A stretch of DNA of 64,000 nt, from IMG/VR virus record IMGVR_UViG_3300021387_000463, positions 107,001-171,000 of that record; one strand, 5' to 3'. Below the pieces are notes generated by a model that made no database searches, was not told the DNA's origin, and saw only the letters and a program-made list of their open reading frames with translations. This DNA is from a virus. Taxonomy: Duplodnaviria > Heunggongvirae > Uroviricota > Caudoviricetes. Of this stretch, positions 8,268 to 15,951 are shown one piece after another. Numbering within the stretch: position 1 is the first letter of the stretch; each line of letters begins with the position of its first letter. A program made the translations under genes and the position numbers.

Positions 8268-8383
8268 GCCGTGTTAGTGTAAGATGGACAGCACAGCGCA
8301 AACAAGGCGACCCCAGTTTGGTACCAGCATATGCGTAAAGGGGTGTTTAAGTACTAACGTTGGTTCGAATCCAGCACACGGCT
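8268..8383 (+). tRNA. oversized tRNA-like gene (116 nt), anticodon unresolved
   Basis: perfect 7-bp acceptor gccgtgt/acacggc and T arm gttgg/ttcgaat/ccagc; body of ~95 nt contains acagc and caagg motifs. Confidence 0.35.
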
Positions 8384-8406
8384 CTATGAAACTGAAAACT
8401 GACAAT

Positions 8407-8604
8407 ATGGAAAAATGTATGCGTTGTGGGCATGAACTAATTATCGGAGGTAATTTCATGCTCAGTGACTTCAACGGAGAGGATTTAGCTGAAGATGATG
8501 ACGCAATGGTAACAAATGCTCATTGTCCACACTGCGGAGCTAGTTATGAGATATATGATACTCCTGAATCTGAAAAGAAGAATTATCCATATTGGAGTAA
8601 CTAG
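8407..8604 (+). CDS. small zinc-ribbon protein (65 aa)
   Basis: MEKCMRCGHE...CPHCGAS; the N-terminal part of ORF 8284-8604 overlaps a tRNA-like gene and was trimmed. Confidence 0.45.
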   Translation: MEKCMRCGHELIIGGNFMLSDFNGEDLAEDDDAMVTNAHCPHCGASYEIYDTPESEKKNYPYWSN

Positions 8605-8679
8605 CGGTGTATCCCCTCTGCCTTATACGCTGTTGAAAGGGTAATTGGTCACATGTGGGTTCAAGCCCCACCATCGCCA
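8603..8679 (+). tRNA. tRNA-like (good acceptor/T arm, non-canonical body)
   Basis: acceptor agcggtg/catcgcc (6/7 paired); T arm gtggg/ttcaagc/cccac; no clean D or anticodon arm found. Confidence 0.3.
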
Positions 8680-8722
8680 CGAAAAGAAAGTTCTTTCGTC
8701 TGACGGTTTACGTCAATAACAA

Positions 8723-8869
8723 GGAAACATCCAGCAAATACAGAGTTGTTATTAGAAATTGCTACCGAAACGGTATGTGGGTTCGACTCCCACACGTCTA
8801 TCTTAACGAGGGCGTTGGTGAAATTGGTATACACGGCTATTGTAGAACAAAATGTTTCCGAATTTTTTT
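8723..8869. repeat. TACAGCAA element copy with internal T-arm hairpin
   Basis: ggaaacatccagcaa (8723-8737); internal gtggg/ttcgact/cccac; complementary atgtttcc (8852-8859) + gaatttttttat. Confidence 0.4.
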
Positions 8870-8924
8870 ATATCAAAACGTATACACTTTTTGAAATTCA
8901 TGATATTTATATAAAAAGAATATT

Positions 8925-9377
8925 ATGAATAGCAAATTAGAGTATATAAAGGAAAATTTGGATATTATCAATGAAATGATTAAAGATAATAGACCTAAGT
9001 TTGAGATAGCTAGGATTTTGGGCGTTAAGTATGATACATTAAATAAGAATCTTAAGCTATTAGGAATTGAGTATGCAGGTAATCCAAACAGAAAAGGAAT
9101 GAAACATGAGGATGGTAAAATTTCTGCATATGAATACTTAGGTACTAACAAATTTATAACTGCTCCTAAACTAAGAAATAAATTAATAGAAGAGGGTATC
9201 AAAGGGGAAATATGTGAAAGGTGTGGAAATAGTACCTGGATGGGTGAGAAAATACCATTAGAGTTACATCATATAAATGGAAATCACTATGATAATAGAT
9301 TAGAGAATTTACAAATTCTATGTCCGAATTGTCATATGCAAGTACATGGTTATTCTAACACTAAGCACAAAGAATAG
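8925..9377 (+). CDS. HNH homing endonuclease (150 aa)
   Basis: CERCGNS...HHINGNHYDNRLENLQILCPNCH. Confidence 0.7.
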   Translation: MNSKLEYIKENLDIINEMIKDNRPKFEIARILGVKYDTLNKNLKLLGIEYAGNPNRKGMKHEDGKISAYEYLGTNKFITAPKLRNKLIEEGIKGEICERCGNSTWMGEKIPLELHHINGNHYDNRLENLQILCPNCHMQVHGYSNTKHKE

Positions 9378-9379
9378 AT

Positions 9380-9466
9380 GGGGTTGTGGCGCAACTGGTT
9401 GAGACGCACCACACTTAGGATGTGGAAGTCGAGAGACTTGTGGGGGTTCGAATCCCTTCAACCCTA
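9380..9466 (+). tRNA. tRNA-Leu(TAG), type II
   Basis: anticodon stem ccaca/tgtgg with loop cttagga; variable hairpin aagtc-gaga-gactt; acceptor ggggttg/caaccct. Confidence 0.55.
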
Positions 9467-9492
9467 CAAAATTCTAAATAAATCTTAAAATA

Positions 9493-9524
9493 TTTGGTTA
9501 TATCAGATTTTTTTAGTATCTTTG
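9493..9524 (+). promoter_or_regulatory. Bacteroidetes-type promoter
   Basis: taTTTGgttatatcagatttttttagTATCTTTGca. Confidence 0.55.
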
Positions 9525-9550
9525 CATCACGAAATTGAAAAACAAATGTT

Positions 9551-9730
9551 ATGGGAAGAATACTTTTTATATTGTTTGTGGCTTTTGTAATGGTGGTTGT
9601 AATCATGTTGATTAACAACTATCTCAACAAGAGAAATGGGAATAGAATGTCAAAGGAAGAGAAGAGAAAGTCTTTCAACGATGACATCGAGGCAGTAGCC
9701 AAGGAAATTAAAATGAGAAGAGAAGCATGA
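9551..9730 (+). CDS. small membrane protein (59 aa)
   Basis: ATG 26 nt after the -7 box; hydrophobic N-terminus ILFILFVAFVMVVVIML; overlaps the next ORF by ATGA. Confidence 0.45.
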   Translation: MGRILFILFVAFVMVVVIMLINNYLNKRNGNRMSKEEKRKSFNDDIEAVAKEIKMRREA

Positions 9731-10014
9731 TGTGGTATTTTATAATTGGATTCTTTGTTCTCATTACGATAGTATTCATGATACTGTTGTTACGTGAGAT
9801 TAAGAATGCCCCATTGGTTCCAGATACAATGCCTTTCTTAAGAGGTGATTACGTTCCAACTGGAGAAGAGTATTTCAAATACTTTAATACCTTCTGCAAG
9901 AATTGCAAATTCTTTGATGGAACTGCTACATGTTTGGCAGAACATAGTTTTGGTATCATTAATGAGCATAACACAAACACATGCAAAACAGAAAGTTTGT
10001 TTGAGCCGAAGTAA
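9727..10014 (+). CDS. small membrane protein (95 aa), Cys-rich C-terminus
   Basis: ORF; TM helix FIIGFFVLITIVFMILLL. Confidence 0.5.
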   Translation: MMWYFIIGFFVLITIVFMILLLREIKNAPLVPDTMPFLRGDYVPTGEEYFKYFNTFCKNCKFFDGTATCLAEHSFGIINEHNTNTCKTESLFEPK

Positions 10015-10020
10015 AAGAAT

Positions 10021-10095
10021 GGTGGGGTAGCTCAGTTGGATAGTAGCAACTGCCTTCTAAGCAGTAGGTCGAGGGTTCGAGTCCCTCCCTCATCA
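10021..10095 (+). tRNA. tRNA-Arg(TCT)
   Basis: D arm ta-gctc-agttggata-gtagc; anticodon stem actgc/gcagt with loop cttctaa; T arm gaggg/ttcgagt/ccctc. Confidence 0.6.
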
Positions 10096-10274
10096 CGAAT
10101 GCGGTTCGAGTCCGCTTCAGTGACCGAGATTAGGTAAATTCAACAAAGCAGTGTTCGATTCTTGCTTATCTCCACACTATGAGTTTCCAATGTTAACTCG
10201 TGGGGATTATGGTTAAGTTGAGGTCAAAAAAACGGTGTATCTAGGATGCCCAGTTGCGCCTAGCTGCATCAGTA

Positions 10275-10430
10275 GGAACGTACAGCAACATTTACTTATT
10301 TAAAAGATTTTGTATTAGATTCGTAAATGAGGATAAGAGAAGCACTAAATCATAATTGCGAGGCACTTATCCATGCTCTTCGGAGCAAATGTCTAGTCAT
10401 GACAGTAAATTGACCGTTCCTTTTTCTTTT
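10275..10430. repeat. TACAGCAA element copy (no tRNA body)
   Basis: ggaacgtacagcaa (10275-10288) ... complementary cgttcc (10415-10420) + tttttctttt; interior has the UUCG hairpin gctc-ttcg-gagc. Confidence 0.35.
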
Positions 10431-10750
10431 GTCGCAATTGACACAAAACATAGTGGAAGCGTACAGCATGTACTTAATCATCTTGTTACTAACGATTGCT
10501 GATTTTAGAGGTTTCCAATTAAACACTTGCAAGGGCAACCAGTAAGCGTACCTCTCTAATCTTTAATCACACTAGGCAAAGGGTTGAGGTAACGTATTAC
10601 TCTTGTGAAGATAGTAGCAAAGGCATGTGAGTGTAGGATAGGCGAGAGACGTTGAAGCATCTTCGCAAGGAGTTGTGGAGTCAACCTTGAAATATCGCCC
10701 TCATCGTAATAGCTGAATCTCCAACTAGAATAAACCTACGCTTCCTTCAT

Positions 10751-10824
10751 GCACCCATAGCTCAATGGATTAGAGCTTTTGATTACGAATCAAAGGGTTG
10801 TAGGTTCGAGTCCTACTGGGTGTA
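10751..10824 (+). tRNA. tRNA-Arg(ACG)
   Basis: ta-gctc-aatggatta-gagc D arm; anticodon stem tttga/tcaaa with loop ttacgaa; T arm gtagg/ttcgagt/cctac. Confidence 0.6.
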
Positions 10825-10848
10825 CACACTTTTTTTAAGGAGAATGTT

Positions 10849-11211
10849 ATGGTTATAGAGATAAATAAGAAACTTATTCTCAATGTATTTGAACAATGTT
10901 TAGTTGTTAAAGATGGTAAGTTGTTCAATACAAATACTAACGAGTATGAAGCCATTGAGGGTGATAAAGTTAAGTTTTGTTTCACCAATTATTTCGGAGT
11001 AGATTGTTGGGTTAGTGGAACAGTCGATGGATATACTTGTAATAGAAGAATCAAGTTAAGGGGTGTCCATGATTTATATGCAATTAAACATGGCACTAAG
11101 AAAACCATCAAGCATTTATCTGTAATAACAGACAGCGATTGCGAAGATGATGAAACAAACGCTTATGATGAAATGATGAAAGCTGAGTGGGAAGCTGCCT
11201 TAAGCGAATAA
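10849..11211 (+). CDS. hypothetical protein (120 aa)
   Basis: ORF with ribosome-binding-site-like aggagaa upstream. Confidence 0.5.
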   Translation: MVIEINKKLILNVFEQCLVVKDGKLFNTNTNEYEAIEGDKVKFCFTNYFGVDCWVSGTVDGYTCNRRIKLRGVHDLYAIKHGTKKTIKHLSVITDSDCEDDETNAYDEMMKAEWEAALSE

Positions 11212-11232
11212 ATAAAAAAAGTTCTCAAAAAA

Positions 11233-11264
11233 TTTGGAATTCTCAAATATTATCTATATCTTTG
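11233..11264 (+). promoter_or_regulatory. Bacteroidetes-type promoter
   Basis: aaTTTGgaattctcaaatattatctaTATCTTTGca. Confidence 0.55.
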
Positions 11265-11688
11265 CAATGTCAAAAGGTAATAATGAAGTAAGAATTTAAG
11301 AAAAATACAAAAAAATTCGTCAAAAACGAAACTTTTTGAATTTAAATATATAATTATAGAAAAAAATCAATACATTTTATATTATGATTACAGTAGTTAA
11401 AAATATCGTCAAAGCCAATGCTAGTTCATTTACATCAAGTAAGTGGAATGATGCCATTGTATCTAATTTTGATGCAAAAGGTAAGCAACAGCTATGCGGT
11501 GATATGGAAGTCTGATATAAGATGTAAGAAAATCTAGGCACTTACTTCACTATATATTTCCCAAGCTGTTGATGAACTCCTAAAAAAAGTAATCAGCAGC
11601 TTTTTTTGTTTGCTTAACTTTTCTTAACTCAGAAAATTTGGATAATAAAAAAATTTTTAGTATCTTTGCAAAAAAAATTGTGTTCGGA

Positions 11689-12027
11689 ATGAAAGTAGTA
11701 GTATGTATAGAGAGGCTTGAGGGACACGGAATAACATTTAGAGAGGGAGAGACATACTTTGCTAATATGGTGAATCCGCACTATTGGATAGTTGATTCGG
11801 TAGGTGTTAAGTCAGAGGACTTCTTGCTTCATTTCGAGGTTGTAGAGGAACTTATTGGGGATAAAGTTAGTGGAGGTACAGATGATGTAAATAAGAAGTT
11901 TGTAGAGGAAGAGAATGACTTCAAAGAGTTTCTTAAGAACTTCGGTTTCAATGATGATACAGAAGAGAAAAAAGAAGAAGATAAGGAATCATTACTCAAT
12001 AAAATAAAGGATTACATATTTGCGTAA
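11689..12027 (+). CDS. hypothetical acidic protein
   Basis: start moved to the Met after the -7 box (tatctttgca at 11661-11670). Confidence 0.45.
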   Translation: MKVVVCIERLEGHGITFREGETYFANMVNPHYWIVDSVGVKSEDFLLHFEVVEELIGDKVSGGTDDVNKKFVEEENDFKEFLKNFGFNDDTEEKKEEDKESLLNKIKDYIFA

Positions 12028-12034
12028 TCCATAT

Positions 12035-12107
12035 GGGTCGGTAGCAAAGATGGTCAATGCACCAGACTGAAAATCTGGCAATGGTGGTTCGAGTCCACCC
12101 CTACCCA
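12035..12107 (+). tRNA. tRNA-Phe(GAA)
   Basis: anticodon stem ccaga/tctgg with loop ctgaaaa; T arm ggtgg/ttcgagt/ccacc; acceptor 6/7 paired. Confidence 0.55.
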
Positions 12108-12124
12108 CATAAATAATAAATCAT

Positions 12125-12196
12125 AGTGGCGTAGTTCAGTGGTAGAGCACCTGTCTGTCTAACAGGGTGTCGTGGGTTCGAATCCCATCGTCACTG
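12125..12196 (+). tRNA. tRNA-Asp(GTC)
   Basis: anticodon stem cctgt/acagg with loop ctgtcta; acceptor agtggcg/cgtcact; T arm gtggg/ttcgaat/cccat. Confidence 0.6.
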
Positions 12197-12204
12197 CAAA
12201 ATAT

Positions 12205-12278
12205 GTGGGAGTAGCTGAGATGGTTTAGCGGTGGGTTGAAGCCCCACGTCAACGGTGGTTCGATTCCATCCTCTCACA
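12205..12278 (+). tRNA. tRNA-Phe(GAA)-like second copy (loop uugaagc)
   Basis: anticodon stem gtggg/cccac with loop ttgaagc; acceptor gtgggag/ctctcac. Confidence 0.4.
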
Positions 12279-12414
12279 CAAAGACCAGATTCAGAATGAG
12301 GCATTAGGATGACTACGAGGAGGAGGCTGAGAGACTGAAATCTAGAGCAGTTGAGCCGAATGTCTACTAAGTAAGTCCGCATCTGTGAGTTGCAACATCT
12401 GGTCTTTACTAAAT

Positions 12415-12506
12415 GGATGCACGCTGCGAAGAGAAACATAGCAATATGCCTCTACGGAGAACGACGTGGAAATGCGATTCCGCAGGTTCGAATCCTGCTG
12501 CATCCA
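12415..12506 (+). tRNA. type-II-length tRNA-like (92 nt), anticodon unresolved
   Basis: perfect acceptor ggatgca/tgcatcc and T arm gcagg/ttcgaat/cctgc; body contains gaaacatagcaa, a TACAGCAA-motif variant. Confidence 0.35.
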
Positions 12507-12612
12507 CAAGTTTGTCTAGCTAGATTTGATATCGGTTGAAACTAGATGCCACACTTAAAGGTTTCTCTATAGTCCAAGGTAGAGAGTGAAAATGAATTGC
12601 TTGGGCGCATAT

Positions 12613-12687
12613 AGGAGGTTAGCTCAGTTGGTTTAGAGCGATAGTCTTACAAACTATAGGTCATCGGTTCGACTCCGTTACCTCCTA
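12613..12687 (+). tRNA. tRNA-Val(TAC)
   Basis: acceptor aggaggt/acctcct; anticodon stem atagt/actat with loop cttacaa. Confidence 0.6.
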
Positions 12688-12694
12688 CAAACAT

Positions 12695-12767
12695 TGGGAG
12701 ATAGCACAGCGGTTAGTGCAGCGGACTGTTAATCCGCAGGTCGTGGGTTCGAATCCCACTCTCCCAG
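12695..12767 (+). tRNA. tRNA-Asn(GTT)
   Basis: anticodon stem gcgga/tccgc with loop ctgttaa; acceptor tgggaga/tctccca. Confidence 0.65.
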
Positions 12768-12782
12768 CAAAAAAATATAAAT

Positions 12783-12974
12783 ATGCATAAGATACGTAAT
12801 ACAAAACATCTGGAGCTCCTAGAGAAGTTGAAGGGTATAATCCCTACTGGTTGTAGTGAGCCGTTGTCCAAGAGAGTGTTGAGAGACCTTCTTGTAAGTA
12901 ACAATTGGGACGAACATAAAGTTCTACAATTGATTAAAAACGATGAATGGTGGTATCGTTATGCAAATGATTAA
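12783..12974 (+). CDS. hypothetical protein (63 aa)
   Basis: ORF between tRNAs. Confidence 0.35.
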   Translation: MHKIRNTKHLELLEKLKGIIPTGCSEPLSKRVLRDLLVSNNWDEHKVLQLIKNDEWWYRYAND

Positions 12975-12981
12975 AACATAT

Positions 12982-13069
12982 GTTTGGATGGCCGAGTGGT
13001 TTAAGGCAGCAGGCTGTTAACCTGCCGTGTGGTTTCGCTACACCATAGGTTCGAATCCTACTCCAAACG
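12982..13069 (+). tRNA. type-II tRNA (Ser/Tyr-like D arm, long variable arm) with anticodon GTT
   Basis: D arm tg-gcc-gagtggtttaa-ggc; anticodon stem gcagg/cctgc with loop ctgttaa; variable hairpin gtgt...acac; acceptor gtttgga/tccaaac. Confidence 0.4.
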
Positions 13070-13075
13070 CAATTA

Positions 13076-13158
13076 GGAGGCTGAGAGCACTGGAGAATAG
13101 TGTGCTATGCCATTGTTGAGGTGAGCATAGAAGATGGGTTCGATTCCCATAGCCCCCA
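13076..13158 (+). tRNA. tRNA-like (acceptor and T arm good, anticodon arm replaced by a 6-bp stem with 14-nt loop)
   Basis: T arm atggg/ttcgatt/cccat; acceptor ggaggct/agccccc; ctatgc...gcatag stem. Confidence 0.3.
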
Positions 13159-13339
13159 CTCCCAGACGTGGGTCTCAAACAACACTCAAAGATGTACATA
13201 TGAGTGGCTAGAGTTGTTAGACTGTGAAGTGGGACGAAGTAACCCACAACGTTAGCCATACGTCCGTTCAAGGTAGCAGCCATTTTATCTAGCCGTAAGG
13301 AAGCACTAAGCCAACGATACTGCTGCTGTGCATTGCTTG

Positions 13340-13410
13340 GGTCATGTAGTGTAACGGCTAGCACTTCACATTTGCAATGTGACAGAGGGGTTCAAATCCC
13401 ACATGTATCC
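13340..13410 (+). pseudogene. tRNA-Ala(TGC)-like pseudogene/fragment
   Basis: D arm and anticodon arm tcaca/tttgcaa/tgtga present; T stem weak; acceptor strands do not pair. Confidence 0.25.
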
Positions 13411-13426
13411 ACTTAATGTACACAAT

Positions 13427-13517
13427 GGAGGTGTACTCAAATTGGTGAAGAGGACGGTCTTGAAAACCGTTAGGTCGGTGATGAGTCGGCATGGGGGTTC
13501 GAATCCCTCCACCTCCG
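13427..13517 (+). tRNA. tRNA-Ser(TGA), type II
   Basis: anticodon stem acggt/accgt with loop cttgaaa; acceptor ggaggtg/cacctcc; long variable arm. Confidence 0.6.
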
Positions 13518-13543
13518 CAAGTTTAACTCATAAATTGAGAATA

Positions 13544-13939
13544 ATGGCAAAGAATATACACTTCAATATTAGTGAATATCGTAATATCTTTTGGATTATA
13601 GCTTCTGACAAAGAGAGTGGGTTATGGTATGGCACATTGACAGCAAGCTATGATGTCGAATATAATAGATATAAGCATCTTTGCAATGGCGATAAGATGT
13701 TGAAGATTGTTCGACTAGAAACAAGTCCAAATTATGTTGGAGAAGGTATTGCAAGTTCGTTGATGAATAAGTTCATTGATTATTATAAAGATTACAATAT
13801 GTATCTTCTTGTAAGTCCACAAGCACGAGAAAAGGACACTCTCAGGAGTGTAACGGATTTGAAGAAATTCTATGAGAAGTTTGGATTCCGTAAAACTGGA
13901 GAATTACTTCCAACGATGATTAGAAAGGCAACAATATAA
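13544..13939 (+). CDS. GNAT-family N-acetyltransferase (131 aa)
   Basis: C-terminal ...VTDLKKFYEKFGFRKTG resembles the GNAT acetyl-CoA binding/beta-bulge region; start trimmed to the Met after the tRNAs. Confidence 0.45.
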   Translation: MAKNIHFNISEYRNIFWIIASDKESGLWYGTLTASYDVEYNRYKHLCNGDKMLKIVRLETSPNYVGEGIASSLMNKFIDYYKDYNMYLLVSPQAREKDTLRSVTDLKKFYEKFGFRKTGELLPTMIRKATI

Positions 13940-14072
13940 TCGTTCTAGAAGGACACGCTAGGAACAGCAACCTAGAGAAGTTATCGTAGGCAACGAACAG
14001 ATTAGTATCATACAATCAAGGCTAAAAGGTTATAGTTGTACGAGATAGTGGAATGTAAGGAATCGATTCAAT

Positions 14073-14160
14073 GGAGAGTTACCCAAGTTGGTGAAGGGGG
14101 CACATTGCTAACGTGCTAGGTCTGTAAAAGGGCGCAGGGGTTCGAGTCCCTTACTCTCCG
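14073..14160 (+). tRNA. tRNA-Ser(GCT), type II
   Basis: anticodon stem gcaca/cgtgc with loop ttgctaa; acceptor ggagagt/actctcc; variable arm contains ggtctgtaaaa. Confidence 0.55.
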
Positions 14161-14179
14161 CAAGTTAAAAGGAAATGTT

Positions 14180-14485
14180 ATGGTTAGTTCCACGTTGAAC
14201 ATGGTCTCTTTGGGATTCATAATCATAGGAATGTTTATGTCCATGATAATAATGGAGAACAGAAGGGGACGATATATTGGATGGCTATTACTTTCAATAG
14301 GTATGTTTATCAATGCGTATGCACTGATATTTCTTGAGGGAAGATGGATATTATCTTTGTTCAACATAGGTGCAGGTATACTTGATTTATATCTATTCTT
14401 CTTTTGGAAGAGGAAATACAATGAGAGCAAGTTGTCCAATAGGGAAAAGTTTTTAGAAGAAATAATGAGTTTAAAAAAGAAATAA
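14180..14485 (+). CDS. small membrane protein (101 aa)
   Basis: three predicted TM segments. Confidence 0.5.
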   Translation: MVSSTLNMVSLGFIIIGMFMSMIIMENRRGRYIGWLLLSIGMFINAYALIFLEGRWILSLFNIGAGILDLYLFFFWKRKYNESKLSNREKFLEEIMSLKKK

Positions 14486-14489
14486 ACCA

Positions 14490-14735
14490 ATGGTTGTACA
14501 AGATATAAAGTCAATTGTGAAGGGTATTGCAGAGCTTCAGTATATAATGTCTGGGGGTATTGCAGTATATCATATCACATCAGTTGATAACAAGAAATAT
14601 CAGCTTGAGATTGACCTTAGTGACAAGAAAGATGTTGGGGAAACAGCAGCCTTTAAGCCAACTGAAAAAGCAATCCTTCTTATGAGGTGGATTAGAAAGG
14701 CAAACGAAAATGATACATTAATTGAAATAAAGTAA
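14490..14735 (+). CDS. hypothetical protein (81 aa)
   Basis: ORF. Confidence 0.45.
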   Translation: MVVQDIKSIVKGIAELQYIMSGGIAVYHITSVDNKKYQLEIDLSDKKDVGETAAFKPTEKAILLMRWIRKANENDTLIEIK

Positions 14736-14861
14736 AACGAATTTAAATATTAAATAAGCATATGAGAATGGTTAAAGTCATAAAACGTAAAAAGCGAAAG
14801 TAACGCTCTATAAGTTTCAACCACGTTGAGCTTCGAGCGTTATAGAAAGATACAAACAAAT

Positions 14862-14933
14862 GCGCTTGTAGCTTAGTGGTAGAGCACGTGTCTCTTAAAC
14901 ATGGGGTCAAGGGTTCGAATCCCTTCAGGCGCA
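14862..14933 (+). tRNA. tRNA-Lys(CTT)
   Basis: anticodon stem cgtgt/acatg with loop ctcttaa; acceptor gcgcttg/caggcgc. Confidence 0.55.
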
Positions 14934-14966
14934 CACTAATGTATATATGTATCTTACATGCAATTT

Positions 14967-15039
14967 GCGCCCATAGCTCAGTTGGTAGAGTACATGACTT
15001 TTAATCTTGGGGTCGAGGGTTCGAGTCCCTCTGGGCGTA
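14967..15039 (+). tRNA. tRNA-Lys(TTT)
   Basis: loop cttttaa; ta-gctc-agttggta-gagt D arm; acceptor gcgccca/tgggcgt. Confidence 0.6.
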
Positions 15040-15051
15040 CTGATTTTCTAA

Positions 15052-15141
15052 CCTCCGTTAGTTCATCGGTGAGTGCTCGAAAGAGACGAGAACACTAGTC
15101 TTTTAAACTAGGTGTGGTTGGTTCGACTCCAACACGGAGGA
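15052..15141 (+). tRNA. tRNA-Lys(TTT) variant with 25-nt D-loop containing an extra hairpin
   Basis: perfect acceptor cctccgt/acggagg; D stem gttc/gaac encloses atcggtgagtg-ctcg-aaagaga-cgag; anticodon stem ctagt/actag with loop cttttaa; T arm gttgg/ttcgact/ccaac. Confidence 0.5.
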
Positions 15142-15153
15142 CATTTTTCATAT

Positions 15154-15225
15154 GCTCCTATGGCAGAAGGGATTATGCACCAGACTCTTAATCTGGCTAT
15201 CAAGGTTCGAGTCCTTGTGGGAGTA
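15154..15225 (+). tRNA. tRNA-Lys(CTT)-like second copy
   Basis: anticodon stem ccaga/tctgg with loop ctcttaa; T arm caagg/ttcgagt/ccttg. Confidence 0.45.
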
Positions 15226-15246
15226 CCAATTTTAAAATGTTACGAA

Positions 15247-15735
15247 ATGGCAAATTGTGATAAAAACAATTGTAAGTTAGAAGAAAACTCTAGCTCAAGG
15301 TGGTCAAAGGAAGAGATAGAGAAAACTTTAAAAGAGTATTGGTCACGTGTTGACTATAAGGTTGGTGATTGGGTAGAAACATGTAGTTTCCTTCCAGGAA
15401 TTGTACAGAAGATAAACATTCGTTTCAATGATGACCCAAAGTACGATTGTTTTGAGGATGATGTGTTGATATTCTATCCGCATTATGCTTTCACTGAAAA
15501 GGAAGAATGGAAGGGCAAGTATTGTGGCGGTAGCTGTTGTTCAGCAAAACACTGCGGAGTACACAAGATAACTCCAGAATATGCTTGCAAGCTTATGTCA
15601 CTTGGTCATGACCGTCTTGAGAAGCTTTGGGATAAAGCCATCAAGGAAAAAGAGAAAGACATTAACACTGATAAAAAGTGGTCTGAATACGTAGAAGAAT
15701 TATATGCTAAAGAGTTCCCAAAGGGATTTGAGTAA
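15247..15735 (+). CDS. Cys-rich hypothetical protein (162 aa)
   Basis: MANCDKNNCK...YCGGSCCSAKHCG; start trimmed to avoid the tRNA overlap. Confidence 0.5.
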   Translation: MANCDKNNCKLEENSSSRWSKEEIEKTLKEYWSRVDYKVGDWVETCSFLPGIVQKINIRFNDDPKYDCFEDDVLIFYPHYAFTEKEEWKGKYCGGSCCSAKHCGVHKITPEYACKLMSLGHDRLEKLWDKAIKEKEKDINTDKKWSEYVEELYAKEFPKGFE

Positions 15736-15744
15736 CATACTCAT

Positions 15745-15817
15745 GCCTCGTTAGCTCAGTTGGTAGAGCACCACCCTTGTAATGTGGCTGTCGTGGGTTC
15801 GATTCCCTCACGAGGCT
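15745..15817 (+). tRNA. tRNA-Thr(TGT)
   Basis: loop cttgtaa; perfect acceptor gcctcgt/acgaggc. Confidence 0.6.
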
Positions 15818-15951
15818 CGATGCTAGGAGAAGTCATACAATAGACGTACAGACGTAATTTTGTGTGGTGAGGAATCTAGAACAGAACATACTAGTCTGTA
15901 ATGGTATGCCAAAGGTTCAATATCAGGGAAGGTTACTTTGGATTTAATAGT

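Noticed and set aside
8284-8406. N-terminal extension of ORF 8284-8604 (MDSTAQTRRPQFG...)
   Set aside because: It overlaps the 116-nt tRNA-like gene 8268-8383. The zinc-ribbon protein plausibly starts at the Met at 8407.
13038-13364. Minus-strand ORF (108 aa), and the long N-terminus of + ORF 13379-13939
   Set aside because: Both overlap tRNA genes and pseudogenes. The + ORF was trimmed to the GNAT-like core starting at the Met at 13544.
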